Positions 31,348 to 42,258 of a stretch of 64,000 nucleotides of DNA are shown here, piece by piece. This stretch comes from Hyaloraphidium curvatum SAG 235-1 (taxonomy: Eukaryota > Fungi > Monoblepharomycota). Position 1 is the first letter of the stretch. Every line of letters begins with the position of its first letter. Both the position numbers and the translations under genes were made by a program. The notes beneath the pieces are model-generated. The model was not told the DNA's origin. It saw nothing but the letters and a program-made list of their open reading frames with translations, and did no database searches. The stretch is taken from NCBI GenBank assembly GCA_025558095.1, contig JAIVFI010000033.1:1-64000 (forward strand). The letters run 5' to 3'.

Positions 31348-34179
31348 TTACGTTATGCACCCGTACTCCGCCAGCAGCCCCTCTATCCGCTCCTTCCCGA
31401 ACGGCTTGGAGATGGCCCCGTCCGCCCCGCACCGCGCCCACTCCTGCTCCGGCCCCGCGCCCACCTGGTTCGCCGTGGTGATCACCACCGGCATCTCGTG
31501 GTACGCCTTCCCACCGGGTCCCACCAGCGTCCCGGCGCTCGGCGCGTTGCTCGCCGCGGGCAGCCTCGCCGAACCCTCGGCGAGCAGCCCCCTGATCTCG
31601 CGGGTGGCAGCGTACCCGTCCATCACCGGCATCACAATGTCCATCAGCAGCAGCGCGTACTCCCTCCCCCCCTCCGCATCCCTTCGCACCGCGTCCACCG
31701 CCTCTCGGCCGTTCTCCGCCTCGTCCACGCGCCACTCGTCCACCCGCGCGCCGCGGCGGTCGAGGATCGAGCGCAGCATGCGGACGAGGATGCGGCGGTT
31801 GATGGCCGAGTCGTCCGTGACGAGGATGCGGCGCACGCGGGGGGGAGGGGCGTCGGCGTCGTCCTCCGGCGTGGCGGGTTCGGGCTCCGCTGCCGCCGCG
31901 ACCGCCGACACCGGCGCCTCCCCCGGTCCCGGTTCCGCCCGCGCGAGCTGCACCATCTCCGGCGCAGCCACCATCTCTCGCTCCCCATCAGCGGGTTCCG
32001 GTTCCGCGCACTCCCTCAGGGGTATCCAGAACGCAAACTCGGTCCCCACCCCCACCTCGCTCTCGGCCCCGATCTCGCCCCCCATCAGCGCCACGATCTG
32101 CGCCGCGATCGCCAGCCCGAGCCCGGACCCGCCGTAGTCCCTCGCGGTGCTCGCCGAGGCCTGCGTCCAGGGCTGGAACAGCGTGCCGAGGACGTCGGGG
32201 CGGATGCCGATGCCCGTGTCGCGGCACGAGATGCGGAGGCAGTCCCGCGGGGGTTCGTCGACGGCGACGAGGGTCGAGTCCGAGGGCGGTTTGCGCGGGG
32301 GCATGGGTTGCCGCGCCACGGTCAATGAAACGGAGCCGCCGGGCTTGGTGAACTTGAACCCGTTTGAGAGGAGGTTGTTGACGACCTGCTGCAGACGGAG
32401 GGGGTCGCAGAGCACGTGGCTGGGCACGTCGGGCGCGACGGAGAAGGAGAAGCGGATGCCCTGGGTGCGGGAGGTCTCGCCGGCCATGGTGGCCACGGTC
32501 TCGAGGAGCGCGCGCAGGTCGACGGGCAGGCTTTCGAGCTTGACGGCGCCGGATTCGAAGCGCCCGGCGTCGAGGACGTCCGAGAGGAGGGCGAGCATGT
32601 AGGTCGTGCATAGGTGGATGGCGCGGAGCGGGTCCGCGTCCTCGTCGGTGCGCGCAACCAGCTCCGACGCGTCCACGTCGCGCGGGAAGCCGGTCGGCGA
32701 TTCGAGGGGCAGCGACGACGCGGGCCGCACGGGGAGCAGCGCCGCGCGCTCCTCCATGAGCGTGTCCGCAAGGTTGCTCACCGCATGCAAGGGGTTGCGC
32801 AGCTCGTGGCACAGGAACCCGATGAAGTTGGCCTTGTCTCTGTCCGCACGCTCGGCGGCCAGCCTGGCCTCGCGGAGCTGCGCCGTGCGCACGCGGACCT
32901 GCTCCTCGATGCTCTCCCGCGCACGCCGCACGGCGGCGAGCATGTCGCAGAAGACGAGGGCGGTGAAGACGCTGACGGCCACGCAGACCTGCGTCCAGAC
33001 GAGGTGGTCGACGAGGGCGTTGAGAGGCGGGCGCGGGGTGAGGTTGGCGTTGGTGAGAGGGATGACTGGAAAGGGGGAGCATGAGGACCGCTTCCCGCGC
33101 GGCGGCCCACAGCATTGGTACGCACCGGTGATGGAAATCACGCCCAGCACCATGCAGCAGAACGTCGCCCCACGTATGCCCGTGATCCATGCGGCCAGGA
33201 GGATGAGCGGCTGGCTCAGGAACAGCCCGACGATGGTCGCGAGGATGATAAAGTCGTGTATGTACAGGCTCATGAGCAGCGGTACCGCAACGAGCAGCAC
33301 GACGATGAGCGCCGACCCCGCCGTGCGCCACGGGTGGCGAGTGAAGGTGCGGAGGGTGGGGGGCACCCGCACGACGGTCATGACGAAGGGGGCGAATGCG
33401 ACGACGGGCCCGATGTCGAGCCAGCGCAGGAACATCGACTGGTACGTGGTCGTGTCCTGCATGTTGCGCAGGACGAGCATGACCTGGGCGTAGAGCGCGT
33501 TGCACGGCCAGACGAACGCCGTGCCGATGGCGAAGGCGGCCACGTGCCACGCCTTGGACAGGTCCACGGGGACGCCCGGCCGGCGCGAAAAGACCGAGGC
33601 GCAGAAGAGGGTTGTGTGCGCGACGAGGAGGATTTCGAGGAGGTTCACGCCGGCCAGGCCGGCGGCCAGGGTGGCAGCCTTGCCGCCGATGTAGTACGAG
33701 GCGACGAAGTTGGTGAGGTAGGTCGCCGGCGGCAGCAGCAGCCTCGCGCGCCACGACAGGCCGCACACGGCGCCGATCATGATGCCGTTGGGCAGCCAGG
33801 CGCCGGAGAACTCGAACTCTGCGTAGAAGCGGCGGTTCACGGCGACGCAGGCGGCGAACAGGCAGCAGAAGAAGACGGTGGCGGCGGCGGCCTTGAGCCA
33901 CTCTGTGCGGCGCGCCGGCGGGGAGGGCGTGCCGGTGCCGGGCGGGGGGGCGAGGCCGAGGCACGCGGCGACGGTGCGGGCGGTCCACGCGATGGGCGGC
34001 GGCTTCTCCCTCGAGAGCGGCCCCTCCTCGCCGAGCGACACCAGCGAGTCGCTGTCCCACACGCGCGACGACGTGACCGAGCCGGAGAGCCGCGGCTCCG
34101 TGGGCGGCGCGCCGGCGGGCGCGGGCGGTGCCGCGGGGGCCGCGCCGGCCGGCCGCGCCGCGCCGCCGTCCGCGCCCAT
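31348..34179 (-). CDS. Membrane hybrid histidine kinase (MASE1-like sensor, HisKA, HATPase, receiver)
   Basis: WLPNG plus many TM segments; CHELRNPL; DPLRLQQVVNNLLSNGFKFT; DTGIGI; GGSGLGL; receiver ILVTDD..LMDIVMPVMDG..TA..KP. Probable in-frame intron near 33075-33120. Confidence 0.93.
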   Translation of the reverse strand: MGADGGAARPAGAAPAAPPAPAGAPPTEPRLSGSVTSSRVWDSDSLVSLGEEGPLSREKPPPIAWTARTVAACLGLAPPPGTGTPSPPARRTEWLKAAAATVFFCCLFAACVAVNRRFYAEFEFSGAWLPNGIMIGAVCGLSWRARLLLPPATYLTNFVASYYIGGKAATLAAGLAGVNLLEILLVAHTTLFCASVFSRRPGVPVDLSKAWHVAAFAIGTAFVWPCNALYAQVMLVLRNMQDTTTYQSMFLRWLDIGPVVAFAPFVMTVVRVPPTLRTFTRHPWRTAGSALIVVLLVAVPLLMSLYIHDFIILATIVGLFLSQPLILLAAWITGIRGATFCCMVLGVISITGAYQCCGPPRGKRSSCSPFPVIPLTNANLTPRPPLNALVDHLVWTQVCVAVSVFTALVFCDMLAAVRRARESIEEQVRVRTAQLREARLAAERADRDKANFIGFLCHELRNPLHAVSNLADTLMEERAALLPVRPASSLPLESPTGFPRDVDASELVARTDEDADPLRAIHLCTTYMLALLSDVLDAGRFESGAVKLESLPVDLRALLETVATMAGETSRTQGIRFSFSVAPDVPSHVLCDPLRLQQVVNNLLSNGFKFTKPGGSVSLTVARQPMPPRKPPSDSTLVAVDEPPRDCLRISCRDTGIGIRPDVLGTLFQPWTQASASTARDYGGSGLGLAIAAQIVALMGGEIGAESEVGVGTEFAFWIPLRECAEPEPADGEREMVAAPEMVQLARAEPGPGEAPVSAVAAAAEPEPATPEDDADAPPPRVRRILVTDDSAINRRILVRMLRSILDRRGARVDEWRVDEAENGREAVDAVRRDAEGGREYALLLMDIVMPVMDGYAATREIRGLLAEGSARLPAASNAPSAGTLVGPGGKAYHEMPVVITTANQVGAGPEQEWARCGADGAISKPFGKERIEGLLAEYGCIT

Positions 34180-35246
34180 CGCGGTGCGAGAAGCGAGCTG
34201 CGTCTGCGCGAGCGCCGTGCCCGTCCGCCGGGGATGGCCGGTGGCCAGGTGCGGAGGAGGACGGCCGGCCGATCTGGCTCCCGCGGCCCGGATTACGTCA
34301 GGCGCAAAGCCTACCGCCCGCGACAGCTGATTGCCGCGCCGGACGCCTTGTCGCGAGGCCGAAAAGCGGCGGAGTGAGGTGGATCGGCGGCCAACCAGAT
34401 TTGCCGATGGCCTCCGCGGCCCCGCGCCGGGGACGGAGGCGGAGGACGCTGACCTAGGGACCTTTGCGCAGCGATCGGGGAAGGACATCAAGGACACTGC
34501 ACAGCAGCACAAAAAGGTCTGCCTTCCGGGGCGGGCTCGCTGGGGAGGATCCATCGGCCGCCACGGGGACCTCCGAGGCAGAGCGACGGGCGCCGCGCTT
34601 GGGCTTGCACGGCTGTAGGAGCCGGACGTCGCAAAGCCGCCGGTCGCTACGGGATCGACGGCCCTTCTTCCGTCCGACGATGGTCCCTGTACGTCACGCA
34701 GACGCGCAGATCGATCTAGTTTGGTGGCCCGCCACCCGCACCGGCACTCCGCACAACCAGAAACGCCGACGCACAACCCACCCCTGGTCAAATTCCGCTC
34801 ATGAAGTCTCGAGTCCAATCGCACGGATCGCCCCGAAGCGGCACCCCTCCCGAGTTTCCAGTTATCTCCGACGACAGGCCGAAGAAAGCTTCGGCGGAGC
34901 AAGAAGCACCTGGCGTTCGCCCGCGAGGACCGGGGACGCAAGGATGGTGACGGTGGCCAAGACCCCTTCGGACAAAAGAGCGGGGCGCAACGCGATGGCG
35001 CAGATCCGGCGCGTCGTTGGGGGGCTTTCCGGATGACTGAAGCGCGGGCTGTGATGCAATATACCCTTCATCGACCATCCACGTCACTTTCGCACGTCAG
35101 AAACCCGAGAGCGCCCCATATGCCCGTGTCCCTAGCCTTGCCGGGGACAATCTTGCCGGTAGTTAAAAGGTGATGCTTTGCGATATTTGATACGTGGCGA
35201 CTTATAATGATGACCTTCCCTCCGAACTCAGGAGCTCCCCAATGAT

Positions 35247-35952
35247 CTACGAAGGGCTGATGCACGCGCCCATGTCGCACGTGAGCTGGCCGTCGCACAC
35301 GTCTCCGGGACAGCACGACTGGTCCTCCGCGCCGCACGCCACGCAGACAAAGGAAGCGCACTGGCTACCCGGGTTGCACCTGTTCCCCGTGCAGCACGCC
35401 TGGCCGTCGTTCCCGCAAGCCCTGCACAGGTTCCCTGCCAGGCAGTCGAGCCCGAACGTGCAGGCGTCCCCCGAGGTGCAGCACGGCTCGGATTCACCGC
35501 CGCAGGTGGCGCAGAGCCCTTCGTAGCAGGCGGCGGTCTCGGAGCTGCATTTCGTCGTCCCGGTGCAGCACGCCTCGCCGAGGGCACCGCACGGAACCGG
35601 GTCGGAGGAGGTGTAGCGGCGGTACAGGCCGGGTTGGCCGTCGGAGTAGTACACGCACGATACGGGGCCATCGGTCACGCCGTACTCGCTGCAGTCGAGT
35701 GTCAGGAGCGCTGTCATCGGAGAACACCCCGCTGCTGCTCACCAGTAGGCCTCCACCGGGCAGTCCGCGCAGCTTTCGGCGCGCATCGTCGTAACGTTGC
35801 GCCCGCGAAGGAGATTCGGTGCGGGCCTGGAGAGGGCGCATCGTCAGAGGCCGGTGGCACGGGGGACCGGAAACCGGGGACACCCACGCGGCCTGGACGC
35901 TGGTGCCGGCGAGCGCGAGGGCGAGGAGGAGGACGGTGGCGATGCAGATCAT
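35247..35952 (-). CDS. Small secreted protein with 4 tandem Cys-rich repeats (multi-exon)
   Basis: Signal MICIATVLLLALALAG. Repeats CG..x..CC...C.....C....C: CGALGEACC, CGGESEPCC, CGNDGQACC, CGAEDQSCC. Confidence 0.72.
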
Positions 35953-36530
35953 TGCTTGCTTGCTGTCGTGCTTCTCGTTTCTTCTGCTTTCTTGCGGGCA
36001 GTGTTTCTCGAAACCTGGTGTGGCGGTGATCCCCTGAGGACATGCGGACGGCAAGGAAGCGGCCCGCACGGTGGCCAAGCTCGGCCATCCCTCTGATCCC
36101 CGAATCCCCCCTGCATCCCTGGGCGCGCCGCATCGCACCATAACCAGGACAATGCAGGCAGCGAAATCATCAGCACGAACAATCTGCGTTCCGGAAGTTC
36201 CGAGGGCCGCTGCCTGTGCTTCGGGGCAGGATACTGCGTGGGCCGGAAAATCGGAAGCGCAATATGCGCAATATGCGGCGTCCCTCCGCGGGCTTGCCAC
36301 TGGGACACCGCAGGCGGCGAGGAGCCTAAAATAGAGCACAACCGGTGGCAAATCGACAATGCAGTACCGCAGCAAATCACATCCGGTTGCATTACAACAA
36401 CCCCCGCCCCATCCGCCGTCCGTCTTCCGCGACACCAGCGATCTCGTCTCCACCCGTCCATGTGCCACCTATCCCTCCCAATCACGCCTTCGTCCTGCCG
36501 ACGTAGCTGCCCTCCGGCGTGAAGCTCCGT

Positions 36531-37807
36531 CTACTTCTTCTTATCCGAAGTCACGTTGAACTGAAAATGCACAATGTCCCCGCTCTGCACCACGTACGCC
36601 TTGCCCTCGATCCTGTATTTCCCGGCGGCCTTGACCGCCGCCATCGACTTTTGCCCTCCAGAGAGGTCCTTGAAGTCCTGGAACGCGCACACCTCCGCCT
36701 TGATGAAGCCGCGTTCGAAATCAGAGTGGATGCACTGCAAGACACGGAACTATGTAAGGAGAGCGCAGACGCGAGAGGACGGCGAAAGCAACGCACCCCA
36801 GCCGCCTCAGGTGCGGTCGCGCCGTTATACACCGTCCATGCGCGCACCTCCTTCTCGCCCGCGGTGAAGAAGTAGATTAGGTTGAGGACCGAGAAGCCGA
36901 CGGTCACCATCCGCGGGATCATGCTCGCGGCCGGAGCCCCGACGCCCTGCGCGACGAGGGCCGCGGTCCCCTCGGCATCGCCGCGGAGGTTCCACAGCTC
37001 CTGCTCGAACTCGATGGAGAAGGGGAGCATCGTGGCGCCGGGGTCCTTCTCGTCGATCCACGCCTTGATTTTCGGCAGCCACTTGTTCTTTTTCCGCAGG
37101 AAATCGTCCTTGGAGAGGTTGACGAGGTACACGCAGGGCTTCGTCGTGATGAAGCGCATCTTCTCGTTGATGAGCTCGACCTCGCCCGTGTTCCATTCGC
37201 CCGCGCGCACGGGGACGTTCTTTTCCAGCATCGACAGCACCTTCTCCTTGACGTCGAGGAAGGTCGGGGACAGCTTGAACTTGCCCTGCGACTTCTTGAC
37301 CGCCACCTCCTCGGCTTCTATCGCCTTCTTCGCCGTCTCCAGGTCCTTCAGGCACAGCTCCGTCTGGATCGTGTCGAGGTCCCTGACCGGGTCCACGGTA
37401 TCGTCCACGTGAACCACCTCGGAGTTGTCGAACGCGCGCACGACGTGGAAGTAGCCGTCGACGGCCTGGATGTGCGACAGGAACGCATTGCCCAGCCCCG
37501 CACCCGTCGAGGCCCCCCTGATCAGCCCGGCGATGTCGGTGACGTGAAGGTAGGGCGGGTAGGTCGACGGCGGCTTCCAGAGCTCGCAGAGGTAGTCGTA
37601 TCGGGCGTCGGGCACGGGGCAGCGCGACTCGTTGGGGTCGATCGTGCAGAAGGGGAAGTTGGAAGCGGCCGCCGACTGGTCGCAGAGCAGGTTGAAGAGC
37701 GAGGATTTGCCGACGTTGGGCAGCCCGACGACGCCCATCCGCAGGTTGGACCGCACGCGCCCGAACCGCGCCGCGGGCGGCGCCGGCCCGGCCTTTTTCG
37801 GCGGCAT
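36531..37807 (-). CDS. OLA1: Obg-like ATPase Ola1/YchF (intron 36735-36796)
   Basis: [52 protein letters not shown]|[27 protein letters not shown]. Confidence 0.95.
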
Positions 37808-38124
37808 TCAAGAGACGGGTCGGAGGTGAAGGATGGTGCGAGGGACGGCCAGAGGACCGGCACGTCTTTGAATGAGAAGGCGGTGTGGGGTTGTTTATTG
37901 TGGCGTCGAGTGGCGCCGCTGGATCCGCCTGAGGCGTCTGCCTCGGCAGAGGAATGCGAGAAAACCGCACCTCTGAACTGCAGCAGGCATGGGAATATGA
38001 CCGCGCGCGTGGCTGGTCGGTGGTCCTTTGACGCGGGGATCAGGAGATCAAGGAGCGTCCCTCTTTTGGCCATCGATGCCAAACTACAGGCCTCACTGCC
38101 GACCGGAAGCGCTCCCGCCACATG

Positions 38125-39233
38125 TCATTGGTGGATCCCGCCATTCTCCCCCGCCGCATGTCCGTTCCCGTTGGCCAGCGCCGCGGCCTCGGCGGCCTTG
38201 ACCTTCGGCAGGTCCGCGAGGTCGAACGGGGTCCCCTGGTACACCTCGTTGAGCCAGTTCCCGAAGAACAGGAACCCGTGGCTCCTCCACCGGTTCGGCG
38301 GCGTCCTCTTGGGGTCGTCCCCCGGGTAGTAGTTCGCCGGCAGGGCGATGTCCTTCCCCTGGTCCGCGTCCCGGCGGTACTCGTCCCCCAGCGTGTTCCA
38401 GTCGTACTCGAGGTGGTTGAAAACGTACACGTCCTTGGTCACCGCGTCGACGACGGCGCCGACGCCCGTCTGCTCCGACTCGAACAGCACGCGCAGGCGG
38501 GGCACGCGGTCCAGGTCCTCCCGGCGCACCTCGGTGTGCCGCGACACGGGGACCGGCACCTCGTCGTCGAACCCGCGGAGCAGCGGGTCCGCGGGGTCCA
38601 GCACGCGGTGGGAAAACACCCCGAACGCCTTTGCGGGGAGCGGGTGCTTGGGGATCCCAAAGTGGTGGTACAGCCCCGCCTGCGCGCCCCAGCAGATGAA
38701 CAGGGTGCGGAACACCGACGTGCGCGCCCAGTCCATGATGTCCGCGAGCTCGGGCCAGTACTGTACCTCCTCGAACCTCATGTGCTCCACCGGCGCGCCC
38801 GTGACGATCAGGCCGTCGAAGCGCATGTGGCGGACCTGTGCCCAGGGCTTGTAGAAGGCGGCCATGTGTTCGGGAGGGGTGTTGCGGGGGACGTAGCTGC
38901 CCGTGGCGACGAGGGTCACCTCGACCTGCAGCGGGCCGGCGCCGAGGACGCGGGCCAGCTGCGTCTCGGTGGGCGCTTTCAGCGGCATCAGGTTGACTGG
39001 AAGTCGTAAAGCAGATGGCAAACAGTCCAAATAAGATGAAATCGAGGCAAATGTCGGGGACAGCGGGGTATCAAGGTCAGCGGAGACCGACAGCCGGCCC
39101 GGCCGCACCCACGGATGGCGATCCTCATCGGCCTGATGTCCTGCCGCACCGCATGCCGCTCGCCCATCACCACCACGCCCTCCTGCTCCAGCACGCGCGC
39201 CGCGGGCAGGTCGTCGGGCACCTTGATCGGCAT
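38125..39233 (-). CDS. metA: Bacterial-type MetA (HTS family) homoserine O-acyltransferase, probably acetyl-specific (intron 38997-39112)
   Basis: [22 protein letters not shown]|NLMP.K..TETQL; [12 protein letters not shown]; ICWGAQA (catalytic Cys); SRH; HLEY; NYYP.DDP...P.NRWRSH. Confidence 0.95.
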
Positions 39234-39605
39234 CGCGGGCGCCGGGGCCGGGGAGCGCGGAGGGAGGTGGGGAGGGAGCGGGGGGGCCGGGGAGCGGGCC
39301 GGCCCGCGCGGGGGCGAAAAAGGGCGGTTAAAGAAGAGGGCGCCGCGGGCCGGGAACGGCGGAGCGGCTGGCAGAGGTGCGCGGTGTTCCGGGGTCTGTT
39401 TGGAAAATCCCAGCGGCGCGGTTGAAGCTGTCCGCCAGATCTCCATTCGGCACCCCTGCAGCACAGCCTTTTGCAAGGAACACGCGACATACAGCACGGA
39501 CTAATAACAGGTGTATGATCAGCTTTGAATGCAGCCGACCAGGTGGCCTGCCAGCGTCCATCATTGCCCATTCCGTGGGAGCCAAGGTGGCAAATTTGCG
39601 ACGCA

Positions 39606-40532
39606 TCAGATCCGCTGATCCGTCTCCTCGACCACCTCCCTGCCCTCGAAGAAGCAGAGCTGCGCCCTCTGCGTCCTCTCCGGGGTCCTCAGCCCCCCGC
39701 ACACGAACCTCGCCGCCTCCCTCGGCGCCCGGTCCCCCTCCGCGCACTCGATCAGCATCGCGACCAATTTCCAGCCCGTCTGCGCGACCACAGAGGCCTG
39801 CGCGGACCCCAGGAATGTCAGGCGGGGCGACATCCAGTTCGCGGGGTCCCGGGCGAGCGTGGCCTTGAGGTCCAGCGCGAAGCCGCCGCTGTGGCAGCTG
39901 TCCGTCACGACAAACACCTCGCCGCAGCATCGTGCGAGCAGGGCTGCGATATCGGCGCCGCCCGTTGCGCCGTACGAGCCCAGCGACCAGTGCGAGTTGC
40001 CGTCCGCGGGGTGCCCGTGCCCTCCCAAGTAGAGGAACAGAACCTGCCCCGGTCCCACCGTCTCGACGCAGTCGGCCAGGGTCGCCAGGATCGCCCGCGA
40101 GGTACACTGCCGCTCCAGTAGCATGTACACGTTCTCCTGCGGTATGCCGTGCCGCCGCATCAGCCCTTCGACGAAGCGGATGTCGTTCCGCTGCGCCGGG
40201 TCCGCGGGGCCGGCGAGGCACGCCACGTAGACGAAGATGTCCTTGCCCTTGCGCCCTCCGAAAAAGCCACTGCGGTCGCCCAGGGCCGCGTCGGGACAGG
40301 GGCACGTCCGGACGCAGCGCTTCCGCCCCCTGCACGCCGCGGTGCCGCAACCCCCCGGCCCGTCCGCGGGGTGCTTCCCGCGACAGGCGGGATGGGCGTG
40401 TCCGGGACAGCCCGGGCAGTCGGCCACGCAGAGGTCCAGCCCGCGGCACGGCTCGTTGCCGCAGCCCTTCTTGCCGTCTACAGGGTGGTCGCCGCGGCAT
40501 AACGGGCTCGCGGTGCCGTTCACCGGGGCCAT
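39606..40532 (-). CDS. Caspase-clan (CD; C14/C13-like) cysteine peptidase with N-terminal tandem Cys/His repeats
   Basis: LFLYLGGHG and VFVVTDSCHSGG give the His-Cys dyad; HGIPQENVYML..CTSRAIL precedes them. Single exon. Confidence 0.8.
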   Translation of the reverse strand: MAPVNGTASPLCRGDHPVDGKKGCGNEPCRGLDLCVADCPGCPGHAHPACRGKHPADGPGGCGTAACRGRKRCVRTCPCPDAALGDRSGFFGGRKGKDIFVYVACLAGPADPAQRNDIRFVEGLMRRHGIPQENVYMLLERQCTSRAILATLADCVETVGPGQVLFLYLGGHGHPADGNSHWSLGSYGATGGADIAALLARCCGEVFVVTDSCHSGGFALDLKATLARDPANWMSPRLTFLGSAQASVVAQTGWKLVAMLIECAEGDRAPREAARFVCGGLRTPERTQRAQLCFFEGREVVEETDQRI

Positions 40533-40735
40533 GTTAGCCCGCGACGGGTTTCAGGAGCTAGAGGAATCAGTCCACGGAAGGTTTACGGAAGCGCAGTTGG
40601 AGGGTCTAGCGCGGAGGGAGAGCGTTGGTCGCCGCGTTCGACGCGACTCCTATCTCCGCGCTGTCCCCCACGGCGATTATCGCGTCCTCGGACCACCATC
40701 GCTATCCTTCAAACAGCAGTCCATCCATTATCGTT

Positions 40736-42073
40736 ATGCCGACCCAGGACGAGCCCGATGAGCCGGAGCGCGAGGACCCCGACGCCGAGAACATATTCTC
40801 CACTCTCAACGCGATGATGGGGCTCTTCATGAACGGCAGCGCCTATTCGCAGGCAATGGGCGAGATGCTGCTGGACGAGGTGGAATCAGGCCGCAGGGAG
40901 AGGCGCAAGGGCGATGCGAGCCCCGTGGCCGTGGACGCGTCACCGCTCCCGGAAATCGCGGTGCCCGGATTGGCGGGCTCGGACTGGGAGGCCCTAGACG
41001 CCAAGAAGCTGGCCGACACCGTCGTCGCCGCCTTGGCCGAGTGCGTGTCGCTGTACCCAAAGACCCTGGGGAGGCTGGCAACGCCGCCGGACGACGACTC
41101 GCTGCTGCGGAGGGCCGAAGCGTACGGCCACCGCCTCGCCCTGGCCTATGCCCCGCTGGCCTACCTCTGCTCCCCATCGGATCAGTCACACGACGACGCC
41201 CTCAAACCCTTCATCGACCCCGTGCCCGCCGCCCCCTGCCCCGCGATCGCATTCGCCGCGATCGCCGGCCTCGTCTTCCCCCGCGCCTTCCCCCTCCTGC
41301 GCCGCCTCGTCTCGGACTTCATCGACCCATCCCGCCGCGAGGCCTGGCGCGCGATCGACGTGACCGACGTCGATTTCGCCCAGCGCATGCCCCCCGCGAT
41401 GCCCGCGTCCACGACCAAGTTCATCGAGCACCACTGGCCCGCCGCCTCGCGCGCCCTGGCCATGCTTTCCCTCCTGTCGACCTCGCGTCCCGCCCGCCGT
41501 CGCCTGGCCTCGGACACCCTCCTCCTCGATAATGCGATTGTGGCCTCGTACTGCGGACCCCGCATCTGGCAGCACGCCTACCTCGACCCCTCCCTCTCAC
41601 GCGCGACGGAAGCCGACCAGCTCGCCATGCGCTCCGAGCTCCTCGCCATCTTCTCCCCCGCCCGCCGCGCGCTCCTCGAATCCCCCTCGGCATGGCGCGA
41701 CCACGCCAAGGGGCTCAACTCTGCCGCCGCCTCCTTCGGCGCCAACATGTCCTCCCTCGCGCGCCAGCCGCGGTGCCACCCGGCCCTCGCGCAGGCCATC
41801 GAGGACGGTCTAACCCTTCTCGGCACCGTGCGCCGGGGCGGCCCGCTGGGCTGGATGCCACGGATGCCCGAAGGCGAGCTCGGCGCGGCGCGCAAGGGGG
41901 CCAAGGCCGAGGGCAGCGTGCCCGACCCGTGCGACGCGTGCGGCAAGGGGGAGGCGGGGAACAGGTGCTCCAGGTGCAGGGTGGCAAGGTACTGCACGGC
42001 CGAGTGCCAGAAGATGGCGTGGGGGGGCCACAAGGTCGCGTGCAGGGAGCCGAGGAAGCTGATCACGCCGTGA
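40736..42073 (+). CDS. MYND zinc-finger protein
   Basis: C-terminal CDAC-x8-CSRC-x5-C-x3-CQKMAWGGHKVAC. Confidence 0.88.
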   Translation: MPTQDEPDEPEREDPDAENIFSTLNAMMGLFMNGSAYSQAMGEMLLDEVESGRRERRKGDASPVAVDASPLPEIAVPGLAGSDWEALDAKKLADTVVAALAECVSLYPKTLGRLATPPDDDSLLRRAEAYGHRLALAYAPLAYLCSPSDQSHDDALKPFIDPVPAAPCPAIAFAAIAGLVFPRAFPLLRRLVSDFIDPSRREAWRAIDVTDVDFAQRMPPAMPASTTKFIEHHWPAASRALAMLSLLSTSRPARRRLASDTLLLDNAIVASYCGPRIWQHAYLDPSLSRATEADQLAMRSELLAIFSPARRALLESPSAWRDHAKGLNSAAASFGANMSSLARQPRCHPALAQAIEDGLTLLGTVRRGGPLGWMPRMPEGELGAARKGAKAEGSVPDPCDACGKGEAGNRCSRCRVARYCTAECQKMAWGGHKVACREPRKLITP

Positions 42074-42258
42074 TGGACGATGGAAGGGGGGGTTGTGGGC
42101 GATGGACGTCAAGGGTAGGGCCAATAGGTATGATTCTTCGGGTACTACATAGTTGCGCCGCGCGGGTGTCCACCGTACTCAACCTCTGCTTGTCCGTTGG
42201 GCGACACAGTGTCCGAGCGCCGGTGGCGATCGCCGACGAAACCGAGTTCGAGTCCCAC

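Noticed and set aside
34180-34941. N-terminal extension of the 1197-aa kinase ORF
   Set aside because: Low-complexity and not protein-like. ATG 34179 is the more plausible start, so this is likely UTR or promoter.
36551-36796. Apparent frameshifts in OLA1, metA, presenilin and SOD as programmed recoding or pseudogenes
   Set aside because: All are explained by canonical GT-AG introns.
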